A stretch of 64,000 nt of DNA from Eledone cirrhosa. Taxonomy: Eukaryota. The stretch is taken from NCBI GenBank assembly GCA_964016885.1, contig OZ024750.1, forward strand, positions 52,018,001-52,082,000. The letters run 5' to 3'. The notes under the pieces are model-generated. The model was not told the origin of the DNA. It ran no database searches and saw only the letters and a program-made list of their open reading frames with translations. Below, one piece after another: positions 1 to 17,097 of the stretch. Positions within the stretch are counted from its first letter, which is position 1; every line of letters starts with the position of its first letter. Both the position numbers and the translations under genes were made by a program.

Positions 1-36
1 GTAGAAGGAAGATAGAGGAAAGCAGAAGTCGCAGGA

Positions 37-480
37 TCAAATCAAGCCAGGTTTGTATTTCGAGAACGTAGTCTTGAGTCTGTGATTGCAATATAGAGTC
101 CTTTCCGTTCTATTGTTGAGAAGAGTATAATTCGATTTTAGTATGTAAAATAGCTCCGTATTGCATAATCGGCAGTAAGGCTGGCCTGCACGATATGCGG
201 AAGCACTAGCGAGTTTTGTCCATTTCAAAGTGTATTGCAGGTTACTTTCGCGCAACTGCCAAATTGTATTGGCTAAGGTAGTTACGGAACGGTATTTGAT
301 GTTCTTCATCGAACTACGGTGTTGGTACCAACGAGATTTAAAAGTGGTAGAGGTACAGCCAATATAGTGCCATCTCCGGTTATCCGATTCAACGGTGCAT
401 TGATACACCATATTGGATTCCATGCATTTGTTATTCAGAGGGCAACGATCAGGTAGGTTGCAGTTGCACTTATCAGCTCT
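37..480 (-). mobile_element. Penelope-like element GIY-YIG endonuclease fragment
   Basis: Minus strand reads CNC...RCPLNNKC-MESNMVYQC...HYIGCTSTTFKSRWYQH...CRLCNTE: Cys knuckle followed by a GIY-YIG (VY..YIG) domain, similar to 32422-33090. Confidence 0.85.
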
Positions 481-577
481 TGTAGTATTATTATCTTTGT
501 CACATCCTCCTTCTTCTCTACTTCAACTTCACATGAATTCCTATAAAAACCTGAACATTCTGGTACGGTAAATATAA

Positions 578-702
578 TCTCTGATGATATGGAATTGATT
601 ATGCATTGGATGTCGAATGCTCTACTAACTATATAATATTATAGATGCAGCGAGATCTAGGCAAATTGATGTCTATTGAAACGTACGTTAGAACCGAATA
701 AA
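578..702 (+). ncRNA. Type I hammerhead-like motif with long stem II insert (inverted pLTR of the adjacent PLE)
   Basis: TCT-CTGATGA (581-587) ... GAAA (678-681), palindromic ACGTACGT, then T-AGA; AATAAA at 697-702, T-rich tail, then (TA)n. Confidence 0.5.
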
Positions 703-736
703 TCTCTTTTACTGCATCTTTCTGTTCTTTTTGATT

Positions 737-811
<75 letters not shown>

Positions 812-908
812 AGAGATGTCAAATGAATGGACCTATTATTTTTATCTAACGACACTTTTTCCAATTCCATCCCGCCCGTCCCCTCAATCTATTTTATTTC
901 TCATTCTT

Positions 909-944
909 TCTACTGATGAAGGACTAGCGTCCGAAACGTTAAGA
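909..944 (+). ncRNA. Minimal type I hammerhead ribozyme motif
   Basis: CTGATGA-A-GGAC-TAGC-GTCC-GAAA-CGT-T: intact core, 4-bp stem II, palindromic ACGT stem III; stem I imperfect. Confidence 0.7.
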
Positions 945-1638
945 CCCTCTTCCTGCTATATCAAGCGTTAACCTAATATATACCTTCCATATACTGTACC
1001 GATTTTGTTGTTATTTCTGTTTACCTTTTACATATATATATATGCAAATGGGTTACATATGAAAAAGTTTGTCCTCATCAGTGGCCTTCCAACCGTCGTA
1101 GGCATTTCGTCGCATTAAAGGCCATATACCTCTGGTTGGTGCGAGCAACGGCTAAAAAAAGTCGCTGGGACACGTAAATAAAGGGGACGCTAGGGTAAAC
1201 AGACAAAATGGTTTAAGCAGCAGAAAGTGATGAAGAAGAAACAAGTCCCAGATTTCTAGCCGGTATGAAATTTTTTTTCTCTCTCTCTCGTCTGCGACTT
1301 CACAGAACTTATGTTTACCGAATTCGCAGACCAGACCCCTTCTTCCTCCCGTTAGACCTGTGCGAAATTCCTTCCTTGCTCACATTTCAACCAGGTTTGA
1401 TGGTCTTTATTCTCTCGTTCACGATTCCACCGAATTTATATTCATAGAAATCTGGGACTTGTTTCTTCTTCATCACTTTCTGCTGCTTAAACCATTTTGT
1501 CTGTTTACCCTAGCGTCCCCTTTATTTACGTGTCCCAACGACTTTTTTTAGCCGTTGCTCGCACCAACCTGAGGTATATGGTCTTTAATGCGACGAAATG
1601 CCTACGACGGTTGGAAGGCCACTGATGAGGACAAACTT

Positions 1639-1675
<37 letters not shown>

Positions 1676-1759
1676 AAAGGTAAACAGAAATATCAACACA
1701 ATCGGTACAGTATATGGAAGGTATATATTAGGTTAACGCTTGATATAGCAGGAAGAGGG

Positions 1760-1795
1760 TCTTAACGTTTCGGACGCTAGTCCTTCATCAGTAGA
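1760..1795 (-). ncRNA. Minimal type I hammerhead ribozyme motif (inverted copy)
   Basis: Reverse complement of 909-944 with the same core. Confidence 0.7.
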
Positions 1796-1912
1796 AAAAA
1801 TGAGAAATAAAATAGATTGGGGGGATGGGCGGGATGGAATTGGAAGAAATGTCGTTAGATAAAAATAATAGGTCCATTCATGTTGACATCTCTTGCAATA
1901 TATATATAAATG

Positions 1913-5948
<4,036 letters not shown>

Positions 5949-6025
5949 CAATTATAAAATATTTACTCGTTGTAACCCAACAATCTTAAATAAAACTTTT
6001 GCATATATATATATATATATTTATA

Positions 6026-7008
6026 TATGAAAGACGTAAAATAAGAAAATTATAATAATTAACTTACTTACTTAAGTTTCACTCCAACTAATTAGTTTCT
6101 GGAAGGGGATATACATAGTCTTCAAAACCATGGAGAATTCCTTTCTTCATCAGGGAGTCAATTCTCGACGAAGATCCATGGCGATAGGCGGACACAGGGA
6201 TCTCAAACAAAAATAATTCAGTGAATGGAAAAGAAGCAAGCGCGGACTAAATTTCAAGACACTGAAAATTTCATTACCTTCCTGGTCAGTGGCAAATTCA
6301 AAAGAATCAATCACGTGACATCGAGGTTAATCAGTGAGAAGTGGGGTCTTAAAAAGACAGTAGCCAAAATATTACTATGAATCATAGTAGAAATTCAGGC
6401 AAATTTTTGCTCAACAAATAATTTGGAGATAATTATAAAGAATTAGAATATCTACCAACATATTTATACAGAAGTATACTTATGCTAGCAAGATATAGGT
6501 GGTATTTTCGAATATTGAAGCGGCTGCCACGCCGTTATTGAACAAAAAATGCAAAATGTAAAACCACTTTAAGACGTGAAATAATCAGATCTAGCGTAGT
6601 GTAAAATTTGAGGGTAAAAGTGGTATTTTTGAATAGTTAAGCGGCTGCCACGCCATCCCTGAACAACAAATGCAAAATATAAAGCCATTACAGGATGTGC
6701 AATGATAAATCCTATTATTTTTGTTTGAGATCCCTGTGTCCACCTATCGCCAGGGATCTTAGCCGAGAATTGTCTCCCTGATGAAGAAAGGAATTTTCCA
6801 TGGTTTTGAACACTATGTATATCCCCTTTCAGAAACTAATTAGTTGGAGTGAAACTTAAGTAAGTTAATTATTATAATTTTCTTATTTTACGTCTTTCAT
6901 ATAATTGTTCTACATTTTTGTAATGAAACACAAAGTTACTAAGACAAAACATATATCTTGCTAGCATAAGTATACTTCTTTATAAATATGTTGGTAGATA
7001 TACTAATT

Positions 7009-7012
<4 letters not shown>
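6026..7012. mobile_element. Non-coding fold-back element with HHR-bearing inverted arms
   Basis: 6026-6216 is approximately the reverse complement of 6714-6901; 6435-6495 is approximately the reverse complement of 6953-7013; bounded by (TA)n. Confidence 0.8.
6774..6849 (+). ncRNA. Type I hammerhead-like motif (second copy on - at 6082-6157)
   Basis: CTCC-CTGATGA-AGAAAGG...CCTTTC-A-GAAA-CTAATTAG-T-T-GGAG: stem I CTCC/GGAG, palindromic stem III ACTAATTAGT. Confidence 0.65.
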
Positions 7013-7030
<18 letters not shown>

Positions 7031-7052
<22 letters not shown>

Positions 7053-7797
7053 TAACAGCAGTACCCAGCGTTGCCTGGGTAGGTAAATTAATATCACCTT
7101 TGATGAAAAGGTGTTAACTTAGCGACTGCTTCTCGATGACTAATCTATGGTCACACATTGGCCATGCGGGGAAGGGTGGTGATGACCTCTATCACTGAGA
7201 AACGCGGGTGACTGGCGAAGGGGCATGCTGAGGGAGGAAGTTTCGAATTTGAACGAAATCGGTTGAAAAATGTGGGAGCGAGAGCCGAAAGAGCGGAAAT
7301 TTGAGCGAAAAGGTGGTACTTTCGAATATTTAAGCGGCTGCCACGCCGTTCTTGAACAAAAACTGCAAAACGTAAAACCACTTTAAGACGTGAAATAATT
7401 AGATCTAGCGTAGTGTAGAATTTGAGTGTAAAAGTGGTATTTTTGAATATTTAAGCGACTGTCACGCCATCCCTGAACAACAAATGCAAAATATAAAGTC
7501 ATTACAGGATGTGCAATGATAAATTCTATTTTGCTTTAAAATTTGAACGAAATCGGTGGCAAAATGTGGGAGCTAGAGCCAAAAATCTTATTTTTCAAAA
7601 TCCTAAAAAAAGGGGACCTCCTATCGATTTTTATCTGGAGAATGACCTCGGAATAAAAAAAAAAGCGATACGTTGATATATGGAAAACACTCCCCGATGA
7701 CTAATCTATGAGCCTGTAAAGTTTCATGAAAATCGGTCGTAAGATGTAGGTAATACACAGACACACAGACACACACATACTTAATTTTATATATATA
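7031..7797 (+). mobile_element. Non-autonomous Helitron/Helentron-like (Lep1/HINE-style) element
   Basis: Starts ACTAACAGCAGTACCCAGCGTTGCCTGGG (5' hairpin); ends AAGTTTCATGAAAATCGG...ACAGACACACAGAC...TTTTATATATA; internal ~120-bp subrepeats; sits in (TA)n. Confidence 0.55.
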
Positions 7798-7799
7798 CA

Positions 7800-7847
<48 letters not shown>

Positions 7848-7886
7848 AAAGACGATATATTTATAACACGAGTTATGATATATAGG

Positions 7887-9627
<1,741 letters not shown>

Positions 9628-9628
9628 T

Positions 9629-9723
<95 letters not shown>

Positions 9724-9731
9724 CACACACA

Positions 9732-9787
<56 letters not shown>

Positions 9788-10565
9788 AAAGTGAGGTTTT
9801 TTTACAAAATGAAAAATAACCAGTGTCCTACACGAGTGAAAGTATAAAGAAAAAAAGATGAAATTGAAAATGCAACTGGAGTCTTATTTTAAAAAATATA
9901 TATATATCTATTTAGTTCCTTTACCAGTTTCGCAGTTCTTCTGCTTTTCAAAGGAAAAGTAGAGTTGAGATGGAGGGTCTGTGGTTTTTCTCACATCTGG
10001 TTGGTCTTTGAATGTTACTTGTTTTATATGGAAAATGTGGCTCGAAACGCCAGGTTTTTAGAGAAGTAATTTGATTGGTTGGTCAATAAGTATAATAAAT
10101 TTCGCGCCAGTTTGCGTTACAGAGTTCTTCAAACAAAGGGGGGGTGCTCAGGTTTTTTTTTCATATATGAGTGTTTCAATTTATTTTTTACTTTAAAAAA
10201 GGGGCTCACGAAGGCTTTTTTTTTAATACAATCTGATAGGTTATAAATGAAATTATGGCTGTCACCTGAACAAGTTCATTAAATTTCGCGCCCGTATTTC
10301 GGAATTTGTTTTGTAGCCTTTTAGAAGGCTTTTTTTTTAAATATGTAATTTGATTAGTTATAAATGGAATTATGGCTGTCACGTGAATAAGTTCATTAAA
10401 ATTTCGCGACCGTATTTGGGAATTTATTTTGTAGCCTTTTAGAGAATTTTATGACAATAAAAAAAGTGGCTCCCGAAGGCTTTTTTTCAAAAATGCAATT
10501 TGATTGGTTATAAATGAAATTATGATTGTCACGTGAACAAGTTCCGCGCTCGTATTATTTATTTT

Positions 10566-10672
10566 ATCCCGCCGAGGTTGACTTTGCCTTTCATCCTTAC
10601 GGGGTGGATAAAATAAAGTACCAGTAATGCACTGGTTAATTGCTGGCCTTGTGCCTAAAGTAGAAACAATTA
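10566..10672 (+). mobile_element. SINE fragment (Nin/Deu-like central domain)
   Basis: CCCGCCGAGGTTGACTTTGCCTTTCATCCTTACGGGGT..ATAAAATAAAGTACCAG, shared with the other copies; duplicate at ~45233-45339. Confidence 0.7.
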
Positions 10673-10833
10673 GTTATTTTGTAGCCATTTAGAGAATTTT
10701 ATGACAAGCAAAAGAATGGTCAAGAGAAATGGGATGGGAGAATTGTTCTGGTTTAGTGAATATGGCTAGTTCGCTGGGGTGCCAGAGTTCAGATTTTCTA
10801 TTGAAATAAAGAAAGTAGACATATGTATGTTTA

Positions 10834-10884
<51 letters not shown>

Positions 10885-12440
10885 GGAGATGATTCTATTG
10901 GTAGAAATGGGGGAGGGAGTTGTGTGTGTGTGGGAGTATGTTAAGATGGAGAGAATATATATATTTTGTGTGTGTGTAGGAAAGTGATTCTATTAGTAGA
11001 AATGGGGGAGGGAGTTGTGTGTGTGGGGGGTGTTATGTGTGTGTGTATGGGTGTTATGTGTGTGTGTGTGGGAGTATGGTTAGCATGTTAAGATGAAGAG
11101 AATATATATTTTGTGAGTGTGTGTGTGTGTGTGTGTGTGCGTGTGTATGTGTGTGTAGGAAAATGATTCCGTTAGTAAGAATATTTTTGAATGAACATAT
11201 TTTCCTTACTTATTCGTATTTGTTCTGTTGTATTGTCAGCGCAAACGTATGTTAAGGTTTATTTAGTTCGGGATTTTATTTTCTAAAGTAGAAGGTGTTA
11301 TGTGTGTATGTATGTGTCTGTTTGGGTGGTTAGCATGTTATGGTGTTGACATAATCTATATTAAACCATATTTAATGCTGGTCTATATTTTTGAATAAAC
11401 ATATTTTCCTTATTTATTCGTATTTGTTCAGCGCAAAGGTAAAATGGGAAGACTTGGAATTTGGGTGTCTTATTACTTGCGCAAATGTCTAGATGTGCGC
11501 TTAATGGTATCTGTCTCGTGGTTGGATCTCGTAATTGTTGGCGATGAACTGCCATTCTATTTCTGAGTGTGAGTTTATTTTGTCCTATATAATCTTCATT
11601 GCATCTTTTACATTTAATGGCATAAATTAGATTTTTTGATGAGCAAGTGAAGTGATTTTTTACAGCAAAATTTTGTCCTGATTTAAATTATACGTGTTGC
11701 CTTCAATGAGGTTAGTGCAGGTTCCACAATTAGAGCGACCACATTTGTTGACAGTTGGTTGTGAGTTTGTGGTAGGTAATTTGGCATTGGTGAGTAATGT
11801 TTTCAGTGATTTCGGTTGTCTTTTGCTTTTGATTATTTTGTGTGTTTCAAGGGCTTTTTTCATTCTGGGGTCTTGTTTCAGTAGTGGGATGTTCTTGTGA
11901 ATAGTGTTGTAAGCTTTCGCATTTCTTGGGTTGTGTGTTGAGATATATGATAGAATATTGGACGTACCTTGAATTTGTTTCTGTTTTCGTAATTCATCAA
12001 TGCCTATTACTTTAGCCCTTTCTATTCCATTATTTATTAGTAATGGTGGGTACTGTCTTTCGAGTAAAATTTCCTTTAATTCTTGAAGTCTTTTATTTCG
12101 CGTTTCATAATTGGAGACAATTGTGCAAATTCTTCTTGCTAGGTTAAAAGGAATGTTCGTCTTCGTGTGCTTTGGATGGTTGGAGGTGAATAGCAGGTAT
12201 TGTTTGGAATCTGTTGGTTTATAGTGTATGTCAGTTTCAATATTTGTGTCTTTTTTTAAGATTAAGATGTCCAGAAATAGGAGTTGATCTGGCGCGAAAT
12301 TTATTATACTTATTGACCAACCAATCAAATTACTTTTCTAAAAACCTGGCGTTTCGGGCCACTTTTTTCCATATAAAATAAGTAACATTCAAAGACCAAC
12401 CAGATGTGAGAAAACCCACAGACCCTCCATCTCAACTCTA

Positions 12441-12476
12441 CTTTTGAAAAGCAGAAGAACTGCGAAACCGTTAAAG
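12441..12476 (+). ncRNA. Hammerhead variant with U3-A8 core (second copy on - at 9916-9956)
   Basis: CTT-TTGAAAA-GCAG-AAGAA-CTGC-GAAA-CCGT-T-A-AAG; the consensus of the two arms gives stem I TTCCTT/AAGGAA and palindromic stem III ACCGGT. Confidence 0.65.
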
Positions 12477-12545
12477 GAACCAAATAAATATATATATATT
12501 TTTTTAAATAAGATTCCAGTTGCATTTTCGATTTCCTCTTTTTTT

Positions 12546-12621
<76 letters not shown>

Positions 12622-12623
<2 letters not shown>

Positions 12624-13540
12624 CTAGGGCGGGTAAAATTCCCGAGATCCATGGACGAGTTCTCTCCAGCGGTCTCTGTCCCTCATCATCGCTGCCATGT
12701 CCTGCGTCTCCAACAGACCAGTGTCTGTCCTTAGGGCATCAACATACGTTAACCTTGGTCTTCCTCTTCCATTGTGTCCATGTAGGGGCTCCCACAGGAG
12801 CACTGAGTGCAATGTCAACTCTGGATGTCGGTGAACATGTCCAGCTAACCTCAGTTTCCTCTGTGTCACTTTTGAGCTGACTTTTGGAGGCTCCCATACA
12901 GCTCTGGGAGATCAGACCGCTGTTTGAGGAACTGGATATTGAGACAGAGCCCTTCACCAGAGAGGAGCTTCAGAGAGCCAAGAAGAGGATCAAGGAGGGC
13001 AAGGCTCATGAAGAAGATGGAGTGGCATCAGAGGTGATGAAGAGGTGTGATTTTGATATCATCCTGGGGTTCTGTAACCAGGCACTGGAGAAAGGAGTTG
13101 CCCCGAATCAGTGGCGGATCAGTAACATCGTCCCAGTGCCAAAGAAGGGAGATCTCTCTAACACAAACAACTACCGGGGGATCTCACTGACGTCACTTGT
13201 GGCAAAGACCCTCAACAGGATGATTCTTAACAGGATCCAGTCTGAGATGGAGAAGAAGCTCAGGGACAACCAGAACGGCTTCAGAGAGGGGAGATCAACC
13301 ACCAGTCACATCCTGATGCTGAGGCGGATATTAGAGGGAGCTAGAGTAAAGTGCCTTCCTGCGGTCATGGTTTTCATTGACTTTAGGAAGGCCTTTGATT
13401 CTGTGGACCGTCACTGCCTGATGAAGATCTTACAGGCTTATGGAATCCCCAAGAAGATAGTGGACCTGATATCACTGCTCTACACCAACACCAAAGCCCA
13501 AGTCATTACACCTGATGGGATGACAGCGTTCTTTGAGATA
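12622..13540. mobile_element. RTE-type LINE remnant with 5' inversion; duplicate at 47314-48233
   Basis: - strand C-terminus (RLAGHVHRHPE..LWEP..GRGRPRLTYVD..DRDRWR) at 12622-~12905 joined to + strand RT ([41 protein letters not shown]) at ~12906-13540; both ends in (TA)n. Confidence 0.88.
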
Positions 13541-13543
13541 TAT

Positions 13544-13703
<160 letters not shown>

Positions 13704-13909
13704 GGCTTCTACGGGACTAGAACTGTTTCATTCTGGAGAAATTATTTACTGCGGTTACCCCCGATTGCACCAGGGATAAATATATATATATGTGTGTGTA
13801 TGTGTGTGTATGTAAGGTGATCAAGGTGATATTCATATAAGACGTATACTATTATCCTCTGTGTTCCAGAAGTCTTTGTTTCTGTTATATTTTGTGTTCA
13901 CTTTCTAAT

Positions 13910-13997
<88 letters not shown>

Positions 13998-14099
13998 TCA
14001 CTGAGCTATGTCGATGGGAAAGTTAGTTAGATGAACAATTTTGTCAAAGTGTGTGTGTAGGATTAAAAAATTGACATAATATTTAGTTGTGTGTATATG

Positions 14100-14136
<37 letters not shown>

Positions 14137-14916
14137 CGGATGATAGCTAAGATGCTTCCATAGGCGGTATGCCGGTTGAGCACTCTATGCTCTTACAGAG
14201 CAGAATGTGATATAATATAAAACGAAATATCAGTGATGCATCTGAACTCAATTTATTGTGTTACAAATGTTTCGCCGGCGGACAGCTCGACACGCGGTCA
14301 TTGTGTGGATCTGTCTGATTCTGGACCCGCAGGTTCGACGGATACGTCTAATGGTTTCGGAGCATATTCTCTCACTGAAGTATATATATATATGGGCCAG
14401 AACTGTCAAAAACTTCATCCTCTTCGCGCGTCCAGTGATTGGCCGCTGGTTGTCTACGTCATCATAAATTCTGACCACAGGTATCATTCCGCTGTCCCAT
14501 GTCCACTTCAAAATATTTAGGAAGACTGTTTAGCGCACGGGGTAACCTCATGCGGTTATCCAGTGTCTAGCTAGCCTAATACTCGTGCTGCTAGAAATAA
14601 CAGCCGTTTGTATTCGAAACATATTTGGATTTTAGGGTTTAAACCTGTCTACGGAACAGGTTTGATTTTGAAATTTAAATTTGTCCAAGCACTACGGCCA
14701 TTGCCAGTACAATTTGTTTTTGTTGATTTATGATGTATTATCTTAAGTCATGATAGGCAAACTGTAATATTATTATTAGTATATTTCTATCTAGCTAACT
14801 TGGTCATTTACAATACAAACATAAATATGAGGATATTTGTGTTTATCAAATATATTGATTTGTGTTAACCTATATTACACGGCTCAGAAATACTCTTTCT
14901 TCGAGCAATTTCATTG

Positions 14917-15023
<107 letters not shown>

Positions 15024-15098
15024 TACCAAAATATACGGCAATGGCCAATCCGTATGAAGAACTCAATCTAATCCAAATATCATATATATATATATATA

Positions 15099-15251
15099 AC
15101 GGAGGAAATGTGGTAAGGAACCAGGTGGACCATAACGCACCAAAGTACTCAATACTTAGGGTAGTAGAGTGGGTAATAGGAACGAATAGGAACCCGACGG
15201 CTGAGCTCAAGCCGTTGCTTGAGCTCAGCCGTCGGGGTCCTACTCGTTCCT
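15099..15251. repeat. Short hairpin-terminated element between (TA)n tracts; relatives at 48771-48957 and 50289-50442
   Basis: GGAACGAATAGGAACCCGACGGCTGAGCTCAAGC-CGTT-GCTTGAGCTCAGCCGTCGGGGTCCTACTCGTTCC, a ~34-bp stem. Confidence 0.7.
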
Positions 15252-15388
15252 ATATATATATATATATGTATGTATGTATAGTATGTCAATCACCAGACCA
15301 TTTGAGGCCACGCCCCATCACGTCATTTGTTCCTAACTTGTTCACTCCTACTCATCATTGTGTAATTATTCGTGTCTTTCAGAGTGAA

Positions 15389-15421
15389 TATAAAACAGCT
15401 GAACACAAGCAGCGCATCAGA
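15389..15421 (+). promoter_or_regulatory. Putative core promoter of FABP-like copy 1 (TATA + Inr)
   Basis: TATAAAA at 15389-15395; TCAG Inr-like with its A at 15419, 30 nt downstream; upstream CCACGCCC and CACGTCA at ~15308-15325; copy 2 TATA at 50578-50584. Confidence 0.6.
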
Positions 15422-15440
15422 AGCACCGCGTCCATTTCTA

Positions 15441-15600
15441 CAGAAACACCACAACCTCAACAGAGACACCACAACCTCAACAGAAGCACCACAACCTCAA
15501 CAGAGACACCACAACCTCAACAGAAACACCTCAACCTCACCAGAAACACCACAACCTCAACAGAAACACCACAACCTCAACAGAAACACCTCAACCTCAA
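15441..15600 (+). repeat. 20-bp minisatellite in the putative 5'UTR (8 units; 6 units in copy 2 at 50630-50749)
   Basis: CAGAAACACCACAACCTCAA units ending 1 nt before the ATG. Confidence 0.95.
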
Positions 15601-15601
15601 C

Positions 15602-15683
15602 ATGTCTATCAATATTTTTGGTGGTAAATGGGTCCAAGATGAGGAGGTGTCCGGTGATTACGTGGACTTTCTAAAGCATTTCG
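15602..15683 (+). CDS. FABP: FABP/iLBP family protein, copy 1, exon 1
   Basis: MSINIFGGKWVQDEEVSGDYVDFLKHF+G: G-x-W motif and helix-1 pattern; phase-1 donor GTGAGC, as in canonical FABP genes (family-level call only). Confidence 0.85.
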
Positions 15684-15759
15684 GTGAGCGGAACCTTTTT
15701 TATTTTGTTTACTACACTTTGATCTGAGCCATATAATGTAATATATGAATGTATATATA

Positions 15760-15791
<32 letters not shown>

Positions 15792-16262
15792 CGGGTCATT
15801 CTCGAGTGCTACTGGTAACATGTAACCCAGTACAACTTGTCTCATTGTCGGGTCGTCGGCGAGTAAACTGGCAACCCCACCAAGTTTGCTTGGTGAGGGG
15901 GATGAATTACAAGACCCGGCAAAGGGCGGAGAAACTCAACAGAGTCAGCGGCCATCCTAATAATACTTTTTTTACCTGGGAGTGAAAGGCCGCCAGTTGT
16001 TGTCACAACACCTTTCTAGGATAGGGAAACACTGAAGAAAAAGCCTGCGACTTCGGAAGGATCCGACGATGTTGACCAGATCTCCTTTTCTGGTAGTGTT
16101 TTCGATGCTCAGGGAATGGGATTGGTCGAGTAAAAACACCTTCAAAGCACAGGCATTACTTGTTTAGGATCTGTTACAGATTTGTGTGGCTGGCAGTAGC
16201 CTAGAATTCCACCAAATTCTATAATCTGACGAGCGATTGCAATACTCTTAGCAGAGTTTGCA

Positions 16263-16506
<244 letters not shown>

Positions 16507-16561
16507 CACTTACCTACAAATGTTGTAATCCTAATTCTTTCCCCCTTCTATTATTACATGC

Positions 16562-16668
16562 GGCCCTTGCCATTCTGAGTTCAAATCCCGCCGAGGTTAA
16601 CTTTGCCTTGAATCCTTACGGGGTAGATAAAATCAAGTACCAGTAATCTACTGGGTAATTGCTGGCCT
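16562..16668 (+). mobile_element. SINE fragment; duplicate at ~51716-51821
   Basis: TTCTGAGTTCAAATCCCGCCGAGG (B-box-like GTTCAAATCC) plus the shared central domain. Confidence 0.7.
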
Positions 16669-17028
16669 TTACATATTCATAATACTACTTCTGTTTCCCA
16701 GAATATTTTTTCCTTTGATATAATATATAATATTGATTTAATACCTATCTTAATTGATTATAAGCAGCATAGAGACTGAATAACGGTTTGGTTGGGTTTT
16801 TTCACCAATCTAATTACGCTATATTTTAAATAATGTATTAAATGTTTAAACTAATTGTAATTATTCTCCTAGTCACGTAACCTTCTGTGTTAGTTTTTTT
16901 CTAGTCATATTCTTGGTGGTCAACGATCTGTCCATCTCGTTGACTACTAGCATATCATGAACAAATTATACAACTTTATACAATTTTATACAACTTTATA
17001 CTATTATATATGTGTGTGTGTGTGTGTG

Positions 17029-17071
<43 letters not shown>

Positions 17072-17097
17072 GGGGGGGGGGGGTATATGAAAACATA

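Larger units (their letters stand above)
809..1897. repeat. Nested inverted repeats (fold-back), PLE pLTR-like
   Basis: 809-1032 is approximately the reverse complement of 1672-1897; 1057-1258 is approximately the reverse complement of 1445-1645; arms separated and flanked by (TA)n. Confidence 0.9.
9785..12548 (-). mobile_element. 5'-truncated PLE (Neptune-like) with inverted pLTR; duplicate at 44452-47263
   Basis: RT thumb FLDILI..TDIHYKPTDSKQYL..SNHPKH..NIPFNLARRI; Cys motif CGRSNCGTC; frameshifted EN NLIYAIKCKRCNEDYIGQ; 9846-10110 is approximately the reverse complement of 12289-12548. Confidence 0.88.

Noticed and set aside
1622-1640. CTGATGAGGACAAAC as a hammerhead
   Set aside because: No stem II or GAAA follows the core heptamer
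15041-15601. 228-aa ORF as a longer FABP N-terminus
   Set aside because: It runs through repeats, the TATA box and the minisatellite, and the frame is not preserved in copy 2; the ATG at 15602 fits FABP length
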